Below, piece by piece: positions 21,879 through 32,041 of a stretch of DNA of 46,506 bases. Every line of letters starts with the position of its first letter. The stretch's first letter is position 1. The DNA comes from a virus: IMG/VR virus record IMGVR_UViG_2554235504_000004, positions 1 through 46,506 of that record; one strand, given 5' to 3'. Below the pieces are notes generated by a model that was not told where the DNA came from, made no database searches, and saw only the letters and a program-made list of their open reading frames with translations. The position numbers and the translations under genes were made by a program.

Positions 21879-22715
21879 GTGACTATGCCTCAAAACGTCT
21901 TTCCCTATCCCGGTAACAAAGCACGCCATAGTGAGTGGATCATAGGGCACTTACCAGAGCATACCTGCTATGTGGAACCCTTCGGAGGTGCCGCCGGAGT
22001 CCTATTCAACAAGCCCAAGAGCAAGGTAGAGGTTTACAACGATGTCAACGGGGACCTCGTCCATTTCTTCAAGACACTCCGTGAACGCGGTGATGATCTA
22101 CAAGAGTGGTTGAAGAACGTCCCCTTCTCACAGTCCGTTTACCGAGAGTGGCGTGATGAGTTCCTTGGTGGCGAAAGGGTTGATGACCCAATCGAACGAG
22201 CAGGCCGATTCTTCACACTCCGCTACCAGTCCTTCGGTGGGGCGTTGGATAATACCGCATCTTGGCGAAGACCCTCCTCTGAAATACCAGAATCTTCGAA
22301 GTTCGTCAAGAAGGTTGACGCATTAACACCCTTCCGAGATAGACTGCGCGGTGTCCATATCGAGGAACAGTCTGCGATCGACCTCATTGACAGGTACGAC
22401 AGTGAAGACACAGTGTTCTACTGTGACCCGCCATACATTGGGACAGAACACCGTTACGCCAATAGCGACTTCAACCATCGTTGTCTGCACAAACGGTTGT
22501 CTGAGTGTGAGGGTAGTGTTCTACTCTCCTATGACGATATACCGCCATGGTACGGTGATGGGTGGCAAGTAGTCACGAAGGACGCCAACTTTGCGATTGA
22601 CAACGTCGACGGCGTGAAGGATGCAACTGAAGTTCTCCTAATGAACTTCGATAGTGACGGTGAACCCCTTATGTCCGGTGTAGGACAGCAGGGCTTAGAC
22701 GCTTTTGCAGACTAA
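21879..22715 (+). CDS. DNA N6-adenine methyltransferase, Dam / D12 class (copy 2)
   Basis: FPYPGNK, EPFGGAAGV and FYCDPPY motifs. Roughly half the residues match copy 1 by eye. An ATG alternative lies at 21885. Confidence 0.85.
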   Translation: MTMPQNVFPYPGNKARHSEWIIGHLPEHTCYVEPFGGAAGVLFNKPKSKVEVYNDVNGDLVHFFKTLRERGDDLQEWLKNVPFSQSVYREWRDEFLGGERVDDPIERAGRFFTLRYQSFGGALDNTASWRRPSSEIPESSKFVKKVDALTPFRDRLRGVHIEEQSAIDLIDRYDSEDTVFYCDPPYIGTEHRYANSDFNHRCLHKRLSECEGSVLLSYDDIPPWYGDGWQVVTKDANFAIDNVDGVKDATEVLLMNFDSDGEPLMSGVGQQGLDAFAD

Positions 22716-22826
22716 CCAGTGGCATGTAACCCATCACATACACCTGTAACGATATATAACCCAGTGCGTTAGGCCATCTAGAGTATCAGATACGAATACG
22801 GCGGTACTCCCGTAAATCAGTTAGCT

Positions 22827-22949
22827 ATGACAGACCTTTCGGACATTTCGATTGACGTACAACGCTTTCACTACTACACCGGGGACGTAGTTACATACCT
22901 CAAAGACCCGATTTCTGCAGAGTGGCGCGTATTCCGAGCGGCTCAGTAG
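22827..22949 (+). CDS. Possible 40-aa ORF before terS
   Basis: MTDLSDISIDVQRFHYYTGDVVTYLKDPISAEWRVFRAAQ. It has no supporting motif. Confidence 0.2.
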   Translation: MTDLSDISIDVQRFHYYTGDVVTYLKDPISAEWRVFRAAQ

Positions 22950-22980
22950 CGGATACCAAAACAACACAGGCCATGCAACT

Positions 22981-23604
22981 ATGACAGAGAAGTGTGTAGC
23001 ATCATGCAAAGACGGGTCCGACTGTGGGGCCTATCCTATCGAAGGGTCCGATAAGTGCCGGATGCACGCCGGGACGAGTTCAGATGGGAAATCTCACGAA
23101 GGGAACGATAACGCTGTTGGGAACGACGGTGGGGCAGAGGAAGGCAACACGAACTCTGTTTCCCACGGGGCATATGCAGAACAGTCCAACCTATATAACG
23201 ACGTGTTTACCAATGCAGAGCGTGACATAGCCGACGATATCTTTGAGGACTATAAGAACAGATATCTCGAGGCCCACGGGGATATTCCCACCGGGCACGA
23301 GCTTCGGTTGTTCAAACTGTCTGTAAACGCGGTGACTGAGATCCGAGTTGAGAATTGGGCGACCGATCGGCCCGAAGTGCTTGACTCTGGTACGCCCCAT
23401 ATCGACAGTGAACAGCACTTCACAGAAGGCGGGCAACGCTATTTCAAGTACAAGAAGAGTCCGTCATTAGCGGCCAAGAAGACGTTGAGTAACGAGAATC
23501 GGATGTGGCTCAAGGACCTTGGCTTACTCGAGGACCCACAGTCACAGACGGCCAATTCAGTTGCGGACTTAGCAGAGGTGTGGGAATCGGACCTCACGGA
23601 CTAA
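22981..23604 (+). CDS. terS: Terminase small subunit (haloviral type)
   Basis: It lies directly upstream of terL. It has an N-terminal Cys cluster and a GNDNAVGN...NSVSHGAYAE motif, as remembered from haloarchaeal virus small terminases. Confidence 0.6.
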   Translation: MTEKCVASCKDGSDCGAYPIEGSDKCRMHAGTSSDGKSHEGNDNAVGNDGGAEEGNTNSVSHGAYAEQSNLYNDVFTNAERDIADDIFEDYKNRYLEAHGDIPTGHELRLFKLSVNAVTEIRVENWATDRPEVLDSGTPHIDSEQHFTEGGQRYFKYKKSPSLAAKKTLSNENRMWLKDLGLLEDPQSQTANSVADLAEVWESDLTD

Positions 23605-23641
23605 CTCACTCATAGATACCTATAGCGAGTTATAGATACAC

Positions 23642-25192
23642 ATGAAGATAGAGGACTTACCCCGGCCCCGGAACTACAAACCGGGAACTGGAAACAACAG
23701 ATACGCTCGTTTCATCGGGGACTGGTTGGGCCTCGAGCGTACCGAAGTCCTTGACGACATTGCCGAAAGCCTGGATGAACACGGACAGACCCTCGTTGTA
23801 GGGGGTAATGGTCTTGGCAAGTCCTACGACGCGAGTGCATTAGGCATAGCGGCACTCTACTGTAACCCCAATACAGTCGTCCCGATTACAGCAGGGAATG
23901 GGGACACTCTCAAGAACAGTATCTGGAAGCCGATTAAGTCACTGTGGCGCAACTCGGAGCTTCCAGGGGACTACAAGGATAACGATCGCTCCCTACACAC
24001 TGGTTTTGATGACGAGTGGTTCCTCGAGTGTCATAGTCCGAAGTACCCCGATGATCTTGAAGGGGACCACAATGCGAACGTCATTTACATAATCGAAGAG
24101 GCGGACAAACCCGGACTCACTGCTGAACACATTGACAGTGCCCGGAGTACGCTGGCAGAAGGGGACCATATCTTAGTCCTCTGCAACCCACCGACTGACG
24201 AGACTAACATCGTCTACGAGCTGGAACAACGAGACTCGTGGAACGTTCTCCGGTATCCGACGTGGGAGTCACGTAACGCTCGAGCCGATCGGGGCCTAAC
24301 TGACCGGCCCAAGATTGGTGGGCTCTCTGGCGTTGGGAAGATGAAAGACGATTGGGCCGAGTATCATGATGAGGAATGGCCTGGTATTGACCAAGTCATT
24401 GAGTGGTCCAGTCCGTATCTGACCGAAGACGGAGAGCCCACTGTTCGTGAGACAGTGGCAGAAGAGGACAATCCAGACTTCCGGACGGACTTGCATGAGA
24501 AGTGGTACAAGCGGCGCGCTGGTGTCATGCCACCACAGGGGGCATCGAAGTGGCGGCCGTTCAGTATCTCGGATGTTCGTGCGGCCTACAAGCGCACTGA
24601 GTTCCGCGATGGGGCGTGCAACACTGCTGGCCTTGACGTTGCCCGAAGTAATGACGAAACCGTTCTCAGCGGGAAACACGGCCAGCATATCCGTGTCCAC
24701 TACAACGAGAAGGGGACAAATCACGTCAAACAGAAAGAAGCGATTCGGGCAGAGTTGCTCGACCTCAATGGGCCAGAGATAGCAGTTGACGCTGTTGGTG
24801 AAGGCTCTGGTTTGGCCGATGAGTTGGATATGCACTTCTCGAGTGTCCATCGTTTCAGTAACGGGGCCACAGCAAGAGACGACGAGGAATATCGGGACTG
24901 TTGGGCCGAAGCCCTCGCCCTGTTTGGCGAGTTCCTCGATAACGGCGGTGTGATCCACAACGATCGGCTCCGTGAGGAACTAATGGCCGCTGCCCGTGTA
25001 GTCGAATTTGATGATAAGACCCTCCGAAGTCGTGGCGGGGACGTTATCGAAGCCACTCCGAAAGAGGAAATTAAGGAACAACTCGGCCATTCGCCGGACT
25101 ACCTGGATAGCGCACTAATGGCGAATTGGGTTGACTTAGCAAAAGAAACCCATAGAGTCGTCAAACCGAGCGTAACCGAACCAATAATCTAA
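23642..25192 (+). CDS. terL: Terminase large subunit
   Basis: Walker A GGNGLGKSY, Walker B VIYIIEEAD and nuclease-domain AGLDVARSNDETV. Confidence 0.9.
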   Translation: MKIEDLPRPRNYKPGTGNNRYARFIGDWLGLERTEVLDDIAESLDEHGQTLVVGGNGLGKSYDASALGIAALYCNPNTVVPITAGNGDTLKNSIWKPIKSLWRNSELPGDYKDNDRSLHTGFDDEWFLECHSPKYPDDLEGDHNANVIYIIEEADKPGLTAEHIDSARSTLAEGDHILVLCNPPTDETNIVYELEQRDSWNVLRYPTWESRNARADRGLTDRPKIGGLSGVGKMKDDWAEYHDEEWPGIDQVIEWSSPYLTEDGEPTVRETVAEEDNPDFRTDLHEKWYKRRAGVMPPQGASKWRPFSISDVRAAYKRTEFRDGACNTAGLDVARSNDETVLSGKHGQHIRVHYNEKGTNHVKQKEAIRAELLDLNGPEIAVDAVGEGSGLADELDMHFSSVHRFSNGATARDDEEYRDCWAEALALFGEFLDNGGVIHNDRLREELMAAARVVEFDDKTLRSRGGDVIEATPKEEIKEQLGHSPDYLDSALMANWVDLAKETHRVVKPSVTEPII

Positions 25193-25194
25193 CA

Positions 25195-26784
25195 ATGGGA
25201 CTACGAGACAAACTCACGGCGATGCTACAGGCAGCGCCCCAGACAGTCGAAACGACCGGTGGGGGACCCGTCGACCGCGGTAACGACATCCAGCGCGACA
25301 CCCCTCCGAAAGACGACTACCATACCTATCGCCGACAGTATCGGACGAATCCATTTGTTGCGGCAGCACTCGACATCCGTGCATCAGAGACCGTCCGTCC
25401 GGGCTATCGTATCGAAGCCGATGACGACTCTCTGAAGCAAGAACTCGAGGATTGGGCACGTGAAGCGGCCTACTACGCCGGAGAGTCTGGCGAGGATTTG
25501 AGTCCGCTCTTGTGGACAGTTGCACGAGATCACGATCTTGACGGCATTGTCCTGGCCGAAAACGTCTGGGATGACCCGAGTGATCCCTCTACGCTCGAGG
25601 GAGTCAAGCAATTCGACCCGGCACAGACGGACTTTCTAACTCCGGATAACAGTTCGATGCTGTTTCCTGCCGACGAGGAGGATCTCCCGCGGGATGAGGA
25701 GGGCAATCGGATAGCTCCGGAGGAACGCACTCCATCGGGTAAGATTCCCTCTGCGGTTCAGTATCCAGAGGGATGGGGATTCGACGAAAACGAGAATTAC
25801 CTCTCTCAAGACGATTACATCAAACTGACTCGGTCACCTGGCTTCAGCGATAAGCGAGCACCAGGAGGGAACGCTCCCAAGTCGGCAGACTTTGGTCCGA
25901 ATCGTGGCGTCTCTCTTGTTGAGAGCATTTCGGCCGAGGTCGATCGGATGGAAGCGCGCTCGCAGGACTATAATGCGAGCATCGCAGCGCACGCATACCC
26001 ACGACTCAAGGTCCAGTTTGAGGACTACGAGCGCGGCAATGAGGTCGTCTCGTGGGACCGAGAGAAGATTGCGGACTACATGGGCAAACTCACTCGGGAG
26101 GGGGACAATAAGAAATACTCTCTCGATGGGGACTGGGTAGATCCCGGTGGGTCGGTTGGTTCCCCGCCTGGAGCTGACGCTGAACTCATCGAGGGTTCGG
26201 TGCCGGACGTGATCGACTCGCTTCACTACTCAGTTGACTACATCTTGAGTGGCCTGCGAGTCCCGAAGGCCCTGGTCGGATTCGGGGACAATATCAACCG
26301 CGATATCACGGGAGACCAACGCGGCCAGTTCGAGCAGGACATCTATCATAACCGGCGGAAGATTGAACGAAAGTTCTTGACGCCGCTGTTTCGGATGAAG
26401 GCCCGTGAGATTCGTGGCGATGGTCCGTTTGATGAGTCGGTTGATGTCTCGGACGTGACTGGCCATCTCGAGCCCGAAGACGAGGAGAACCCCCTCAAGG
26501 ATGAGGACTTCGACGCGCAAGAGTTCAAGACGATGATGGAGGGAGTGACGAACTTCCTTGATTCGGGTGCTGATGTCTACTTCGAGGACGTGACTGAACT
26601 CTTAGGCGAGATTCTTGGGATGGACCTAGAAGAATACGCTGTTGACCCTGAGGAACTCGAGCAAGAGTTGAACGAGATGGGTCCGCTTGACGACGGCCAA
26701 GACCCAGATATTCCTGAAGAAGGTGATGAACCTCCGGAGCCGCCTGAAGAACAAGGGGGAGATGGAATCCCGGCCGATGACTAA
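25195..26784 (+). CDS. Portal protein
   Basis: 529 aa, immediately after terL, with an acidic Pro/Glu-rich C-terminus. Position and size are canonical. Confidence 0.75.
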   Translation: MGLRDKLTAMLQAAPQTVETTGGGPVDRGNDIQRDTPPKDDYHTYRRQYRTNPFVAAALDIRASETVRPGYRIEADDDSLKQELEDWAREAAYYAGESGEDLSPLLWTVARDHDLDGIVLAENVWDDPSDPSTLEGVKQFDPAQTDFLTPDNSSMLFPADEEDLPRDEEGNRIAPEERTPSGKIPSAVQYPEGWGFDENENYLSQDDYIKLTRSPGFSDKRAPGGNAPKSADFGPNRGVSLVESISAEVDRMEARSQDYNASIAAHAYPRLKVQFEDYERGNEVVSWDREKIADYMGKLTREGDNKKYSLDGDWVDPGGSVGSPPGADAELIEGSVPDVIDSLHYSVDYILSGLRVPKALVGFGDNINRDITGDQRGQFEQDIYHNRRKIERKFLTPLFRMKAREIRGDGPFDESVDVSDVTGHLEPEDEENPLKDEDFDAQEFKTMMEGVTNFLDSGADVYFEDVTELLGEILGMDLEEYAVDPEELEQELNEMGPLDDGQDPDIPEEGDEPPEPPEEQGGDGIPADD

Positions 26785-27608
26785 TGGTCAAACGCAAGAC
26801 GAACCCACGGACGCAGATCACGGAGATACAGAAAGCGTTTGAGTCCGACATCTACCATCGGCTCATCCGTGACTCAGACGGGGAGCCCTTGTCCCCTGAA
26901 ATCCGTGAGCGCGTTGTAGAGGAAGACGCCCTTGGACTTGAGACGATACAACTCCAGTTCGAGTTCCCGGAGAATCCTGAAGCCGCTGCTGACTTCGAGG
27001 ACTGGCTTGATGGAAAGATTCGGTCGGATGTGCTTGAGTCGGCATCTCGAAGACAAGTCGTAGATGGTCGTCACTATTCGAGTGACTATCTATATCAGTC
27101 CAGTCAGCAGGGAGTCAAGCACTCCCATCGGGAGTTACGGCGTGCGGGGGTAGACCTCTCGGATGAGGATACGCAGATTGGGACGGTCCTACGGACGCCA
27201 GTCCATGAGGATATCTTGTCATCTGCCTACGTCAGAGCATACGATGAACTCGACAATATCACGTCGGAAATGTCGACTGAGATAAGCCGGGTGATGTCTG
27301 ACTCTCTGGCCGAGGGAGTGAATCCGAGGGAGACGGCACGTCGTATGACCGACCGGGTTGACGTAGGTCTGACTCGAGGCCGGCGGATTGCTCGGACAGA
27401 GACGGCACGGACGTATAACCTCCATAGTGCGGCCCGATATTCCGATTTGGGTGTGACGGAAGTCCGCATCCTTACTGCGAATCCGTGCGATCGGTGCGTA
27501 GACTTGCGAGAATCAGGGCCATATCCTATTGAGGAGGCGGGTTCGCTCCTCCCAGAGCATCCGAATTGTGTTTGTTCCCTCGCACCGATAACTGAAACAA
27601 TGCAGTAG
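26784..27608 (+). CDS. Head morphogenesis protein (Mu F / SPP1 gp7 family)
   Basis: RIARTETARTYN and C-terminal EHPNCVCSL motifs. It follows the portal gene. Confidence 0.75.
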   Translation: MVKRKTNPRTQITEIQKAFESDIYHRLIRDSDGEPLSPEIRERVVEEDALGLETIQLQFEFPENPEAAADFEDWLDGKIRSDVLESASRRQVVDGRHYSSDYLYQSSQQGVKHSHRELRRAGVDLSDEDTQIGTVLRTPVHEDILSSAYVRAYDELDNITSEMSTEISRVMSDSLAEGVNPRETARRMTDRVDVGLTRGRRIARTETARTYNLHSAARYSDLGVTEVRILTANPCDRCVDLRESGPYPIEEAGSLLPEHPNCVCSLAPITETMQ

Positions 27609-27687
27609 ATAGCGGCCGATGACGGCGGAACGACACCCATCACACGAGTGGTGACGCCCGAGGATTTGTGACACGAGAATCGACAGT

Positions 27688-28848
27688 ATGACGCACCAGA
27701 ATCCAGTCCGAGCAACGTTAGAAGCGGACACGTTCGATGAAGATGCTGGTGTTTGGACGTTCTACGGAACGGTTATCGAGAACGATGAAGTGACCAATGG
27801 GTCTCATGGGAAGAAGTATTGGCCCGCAGCCGCACTTGAGGAAGCGGCTGGTTCTCTCACGGATCGTCCGGTTGTTGACGGACATTCCTACGATGACAAC
27901 GGCCAGCCGCTGAATGAGGCCGTTGAGGGGAAGGTTACGAACGATTGGTACGATCCGGATACGGGCTGGCGCTATGAGATGGAAGTGGGTGACGCGGAAC
28001 TCGCCCGCAAACTCAACAACAACCATCTTGAGGTGTCATTTCATGGCGGTGGCGCAAATGCCGGAGAGACTGATGACGGGGCGGCAACGATGTCTAACAT
28101 CTATTCGCGCGACTTAGCGATTGTCCCGTTTGGCGGCGCTCGAGGGAACGAAGTGAACGCTGGCCCGGCTCCGGATAGTCCGGCGTCGGCAGCGGCACTT
28201 TCGGCATCACTCGAGGGTGGCGACTCTCAACTTGTCGAACTCGATAACGCAAGTCCGGACACTGACACAGGCAACGAAGGGGCGGAATCCTCAGCGGATG
28301 ACAACGACTCTATGACTGACGACGATAATCCAGACACTCCCGACCTTGACCTTGACGGGCGGGTCGTTATCGACGAGGAACGGCACGCAGAACTGACCGC
28401 TGCAGAGACCGAACTCGAGGACCTTCAGGAAGAAAACGAGGAACTCGAGTCGGAACTTGAGGCGAAAGACGAACAGATCGACAAGGTGAAGGGCATCTAT
28501 GCTGCCAAGCTCGCCGAACTCTCCGGATTCTCGGAAGAGTTCTTCGAGGACAAGGACATTGACGTTCTTGAATCTGAACTGTCGAACCAACTCGACGTTG
28601 ATGAGGAGGAAGCTGCCGAGGCAGCCCTCTCGGGGATGGCAATGCCCCAGACCGGTGACGGTGGCGGTGAGAGCGTTACGGCGACCCTCTCCGGACTCGA
28701 CGACGAGGAACGCGAGGAGATTGCCCATCTAGCCAACCGGGCTGACATGCTCGACTCGGTAGACGCGGAGTATGCGGCCGAACTCCGAGAACAGGCAGCC
28801 GATATGGCTGGTGCAGACGAGTTCGCGGAACTTGAGGAGGTGCTCTAA
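27688..28848 (+). CDS. Putative prohead protease-like N-domain fused to acidic coiled-coil scaffold
   Basis: RPVVDGHSYDD...LEVSFHGGG resembles S78/HK97 gp4-like His and Ser blocks. The C-terminal half is Glu/Asp/Leu-rich. It lies between the MuF-like and capsid genes. Confidence 0.5.
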   Translation: MTHQNPVRATLEADTFDEDAGVWTFYGTVIENDEVTNGSHGKKYWPAAALEEAAGSLTDRPVVDGHSYDDNGQPLNEAVEGKVTNDWYDPDTGWRYEMEVGDAELARKLNNNHLEVSFHGGGANAGETDDGAATMSNIYSRDLAIVPFGGARGNEVNAGPAPDSPASAAALSASLEGGDSQLVELDNASPDTDTGNEGAESSADDNDSMTDDDNPDTPDLDLDGRVVIDEERHAELTAAETELEDLQEENEELESELEAKDEQIDKVKGIYAAKLAELSGFSEEFFEDKDIDVLESELSNQLDVDEEEAAEAALSGMAMPQTGDGGGESVTATLSGLDDEEREEIAHLANRADMLDSVDAEYAAELREQAADMAGADEFAELEEVL

Positions 28849-29220
28849 ATGGCGAAACCAGCAGGACATGCAGTCTACGACGGACGTACCGTTTCCTTCC
28901 CGACTGATGGCAGTGTCGCGAGTGGCGAGATTGTTGCACTTGACGGCAGCGGACAGGCAAGTTCGATGGCTGGGGACGGCTCCTCGAATGCGATCGGGAT
29001 TGTCTCCGATAAGGCCAACCCGGACGCTGAAGCAGGCGACAATATCCCAGTCCATGTGACTGGCGTTGTTATCGGCGAAGTTCCATCGGGTACGGCAGCA
29101 GGCGAGACCGTTGCGAACGGCAAGTACGACACGTTCAGTGACGAAGGCGGCCAATTCAAGCAGCATGATACCAGTAGCGTTTCTCTCGATGCTGGCTACG
29201 CTGCGGTTCACCTCGGGTGA
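28849..29220 (+). CDS. Head decoration / DUF2190-like protein
   Basis: 123-aa Gly/Ala/Val-rich protein directly upstream of the major capsid gene. Confidence 0.5.
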   Translation: MAKPAGHAVYDGRTVSFPTDGSVASGEIVALDGSGQASSMAGDGSSNAIGIVSDKANPDAEAGDNIPVHVTGVVIGEVPSGTAAGETVANGKYDTFSDEGGQFKQHDTSSVSLDAGYAAVHLG

Positions 29221-29228
29221 TATAATCT

Positions 29229-30077
29229 ATGGCAACCCCAATTAGCTACCACGACGTTCCGACTGATACCGACATGCAGACGACTCTCCTCCCCGAGCCG
29301 GAGGAGATGTACGCGTTCCGAAATGCGTTCCAGGTCGACAACGAGGCTCCCAACCGAGACGGGGATACTGTCGAATACCCCCGTATCCAAGACGACTTCG
29401 AGGGCGACCTTGTCGAGATTGAACCCGACGAGGAGCATCCTGAGGCCAAACTCGAGTTCGACGGCCTGCAGGCTGTTTGGACCGAGTACGGCTTCAAGTT
29501 CCGTATCCGCGACAAGGATGTCCGGAACTCCAAGATCAACCTCGTGATGACCAACCAGCAGGAAATGGCCCGTGAGGAAATGCGGCGTCTTGATGCTATT
29601 GCTGGCCTGGTTATCGAGAACAACCGCAACTCTGTTGAAGTCGGTGACTCGACTAACGACTTCAACTACGAGGCGGCCGTCGACATGGAGACGGAGCTGA
29701 TCAACGCCGGTTACAACCAGAACCGGTTCCTGTTCATCCTCTCCCCGACTGCATGGGGCGGGCTCGCGAAGACTGCCGGCGACTCTGGATTTGCAGCCCA
29801 GACGGAACGCTTCGCTAATGAACTCCGGTCTGAGGGCATCCAACACGGCGAACTGCTCGGACACCCGGTCATCCGGACGAATACTGGATTCATGGGCGAG
29901 CAGGAAGCGTACCTCATCGACACCGGCATCTACGGCTGGGAAAGCCCGCGCAAGGCTTTCGATGTCACGCAGTGGCGAGATGACGACGAACGGTGCTGGT
30001 TCTACGGACTCAACGGCGAGATTGACTGGGTTCCCACGGAACCAGAAGCAGCTCTGAAAGCACTCGGCGGGGTCTAA
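29229..30077 (+). CDS. Major capsid protein (HK97 fold expected)
   Basis: 282 aa in the canonical position after scaffold and decoration. The long antisense ORF 29208-30158 is a shadow of it. Confidence 0.75.
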   Translation: MATPISYHDVPTDTDMQTTLLPEPEEMYAFRNAFQVDNEAPNRDGDTVEYPRIQDDFEGDLVEIEPDEEHPEAKLEFDGLQAVWTEYGFKFRIRDKDVRNSKINLVMTNQQEMAREEMRRLDAIAGLVIENNRNSVEVGDSTNDFNYEAAVDMETELINAGYNQNRFLFILSPTAWGGLAKTAGDSGFAAQTERFANELRSEGIQHGELLGHPVIRTNTGFMGEQEAYLIDTGIYGWESPRKAFDVTQWRDDDERCWFYGLNGEIDWVPTEPEAALKALGGV

Positions 30078-30084
30078 GACAGCA

Positions 30085-30324
30085 ATGGCCCGTCTAACCT
30101 GTAGTCGATCGGGTTGGGGGACAGTACGCGACCCCAAGACGGGCGAGCGTATCCCCATTGATTCGGACCTCTCTGATGAACAGGCAGAGCGGCTGGCCGA
30201 TCAATACGGTCCAATCAGTTACGAGGGGACAGAGGATGACACCGATGAAACTGATATCTGCACCGTTGAGATGACTAACGAGGAAACGTGTGGACGGGAA
30301 CGTCCATGCCCGTACCATGACTGA
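30085..30324 (+). CDS. Hypothetical small acidic protein
   Basis: 79-aa ORF between the capsid and connector genes. Confidence 0.45.
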   Translation: MARLTCSRSGWGTVRDPKTGERIPIDSDLSDEQAERLADQYGPISYEGTEDDTDETDICTVEMTNEETCGRERPCPYHD

Positions 30325-30326
30325 TC

Positions 30327-30710
30327 ATGGTCCGAACCACTCCTACCCTTATCCGGGATGAACTCGACGTTGATAGCACGGAACTCTCGGATAGTGTTGC
30401 AGAGCGCTACGCCCGTCGTGCCCATGCACTCGTCGAGGAACGGGTTTGCGACATCGAAGATATAGATGAGCAAATCCTCGAAGACCTCGAGACTCTCGTA
30501 GCTGCACACTTCGCAGTCTCACGAGTAACGGGCGGTGCGAAAGGCGAGCAAGTCACTCGGGTCCAACAGGAAAGCGCACAAGTCACGTTCGCTAGCGCGT
30601 CCAGTGACTCCGCTGAGGGGACTTCCTATTGGGATCAGGCTATCATGCTTGACCCGTCTGGATGTCTTGGTCAGCGGTCTGTTGCTCCGTCTATCGTGGG
30701 GGTGCGATAA
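30327..30710 (+). CDS. Head-tail connector (gp6-like) protein
   Basis: Size and position, plus a helical N-terminal segment. Confidence 0.5.
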   Translation: MVRTTPTLIRDELDVDSTELSDSVAERYARRAHALVEERVCDIEDIDEQILEDLETLVAAHFAVSRVTGGAKGEQVTRVQQESAQVTFASASSDSAEGTSYWDQAIMLDPSGCLGQRSVAPSIVGVR

Positions 30711-31072
30711 TGGCGAACGACTTAGCTAAGATAGCCGGACTGAACGCGCTGAAAAACGCGTTCGATAATATGTCCGAGCAGGTCACGCCCATCGATGCCT
30801 ACGCAGTCGGGTCACCGATCAAATACGGCCCATTTCTCGAGGAAGGCACCTCACGTATGCCTCCATATCCGTGGTTGCAACCGGCTGTTGACGAGACAGT
30901 CCGGGATGGCAAGCGGATTGCAAAGCAAGCGTCAACCACAAACGAGTTACTCCGGATCACGGCGTTGGATATCGAAGCTAATGCCCGTGCTCGACTTGAG
31001 GACACGAGCACACGGCCGTATCCACAGACCGGGACACTCGCGGGCAGTGTCGAGACAGTCCCCTTAGAGTGA
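30710..31072 (+). CDS. HK97 gp10-like head-tail joining protein
   Basis: Start reset to MANDLAK. The YGPFLEEGTSRMPPYPWLQPAVDE motif is typical of the gp10 family. Confidence 0.6.
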   Translation: MANDLAKIAGLNALKNAFDNMSEQVTPIDAYAVGSPIKYGPFLEEGTSRMPPYPWLQPAVDETVRDGKRIAKQASTTNELLRITALDIEANARARLEDTSTRPYPQTGTLAGSVETVPLE

Positions 31073-31080
31073 CCTAAACG

Positions 31081-31437
31081 ATGGATCTTGAACAGTACAC
31101 GAGAGGCCCGGCAAAGTGGTTACTCGATGCATCCGGGGAATCCGTCACGATAGTAACGCGCACTCAGACCGGCCAGGACGAATACGGAGATCCGGAATAC
31201 TCTACAACGGAGACCGAGGCAACTGCCGAGATCGTTCTCCGTGGAACTCCAGCGTTCGAACGCCGGATTGACGGCGTAGACAGTGATGTCCGGGCAGTTG
31301 CGTGGGTCATGGACACGCATACAGTCGAATCAGACGATGGGCTAACGACAATCAAGTCATCGACCCACGAGTTCGAGTTGCACAACTGGTTTGACGAGCA
31401 CAACGGAAAGCTAAGACTCCACTTGACCGATGCCTGA
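31081..31437 (+). CDS. Head closure / head-tail adaptor protein
   Basis: 118 aa, with position and pattern similar to SPP1 gp16-like proteins. Confidence 0.5.
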   Translation: MDLEQYTRGPAKWLLDASGESVTIVTRTQTGQDEYGDPEYSTTETEATAEIVLRGTPAFERRIDGVDSDVRAVAWVMDTHTVESDDGLTTIKSSTHEFELHNWFDEHNGKLRLHLTDA

Positions 31438-31957
31438 TGTAACTCCATACGACCCGAAGGTCATCATAATGGATCTGCTCCGTGGCCACTGGTCCGATGC
31501 CAGTGTCACGACAGACTTCGCCAATCGATACGATGACTTCGATTGGGTGATTGACAATCACTTCGACACGGCATGGATTCATACAGGCTGGTTCGACTCC
31601 ACATCAGAGAATCCGCAAGTGTCCGTGACGTTCGACAGTACGGACCCAGGGACGCCGACTGGATTCGACGCAACGACTGGAGAGGGCGGCAAGTCGGCAC
31701 TCCTCGATAACACGGCCTACATAGATACGTGGGTCCACAATGACCGGGATCTGACCGGCGGCATCAATCCGAAAAAGTACGCCTGGCAATTGCGTCTCCG
31801 GGCTGAGTTAATTGTCTTGGACAATGCACCCCATGGAGACCACCCTTGGGACTCACTCGGAACGGGACAAATCCGTAGTCCTGAGGAACCAGAGGAAACG
31901 CCAATCGGCTCCCGCTGGCGCATCCCGGTATTGTTCAGCGACATGAAAAAGACGTAA
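31430..31957 (+). CDS. Tail terminator-like protein
   Basis: 175 aa, the last connector-module gene before the major tail protein. Confidence 0.4.
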   Translation: MPDVTPYDPKVIIMDLLRGHWSDASVTTDFANRYDDFDWVIDNHFDTAWIHTGWFDSTSENPQVSVTFDSTDPGTPTGFDATTGEGGKSALLDNTAYIDTWVHNDRDLTGGINPKKYAWQLRLRAELIVLDNAPHGDHPWDSLGTGQIRSPEEPEETPIGSRWRIPVLFSDMKKT

Positions 31958-32041
31958 CTCAACCGCTATCGACAGCGTTTGAGACTTTCCTTTCCGCCGG
32001 TCGCTATAGTGAGCGAGCGGCATGACGACCACCCCGAAATT

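Noticed and set aside
21836-21916. 26-aa ORF (MSIGRNSMSTLFVMGDYASKRLSLSR) overlapping the start of the second methyltransferase
   Set aside because: It is very short, non-acidic and largely overlaps the methyltransferase start region. It is probably a by-product of the ATGAGT motif.
24296-24958. 220-aa minus-strand ORF inside terL
   Set aside because: It is antisense to a terminase with Walker A/B and nuclease motifs.
29208-30158. 316-aa minus-strand ORF covering the major capsid gene
   Set aside because: It is antisense to a canonical capsid ORF in a conserved module order. Its product is Arg/Pro/Val/Leu-rich and not acidic, so it is a typical shadow ORF.
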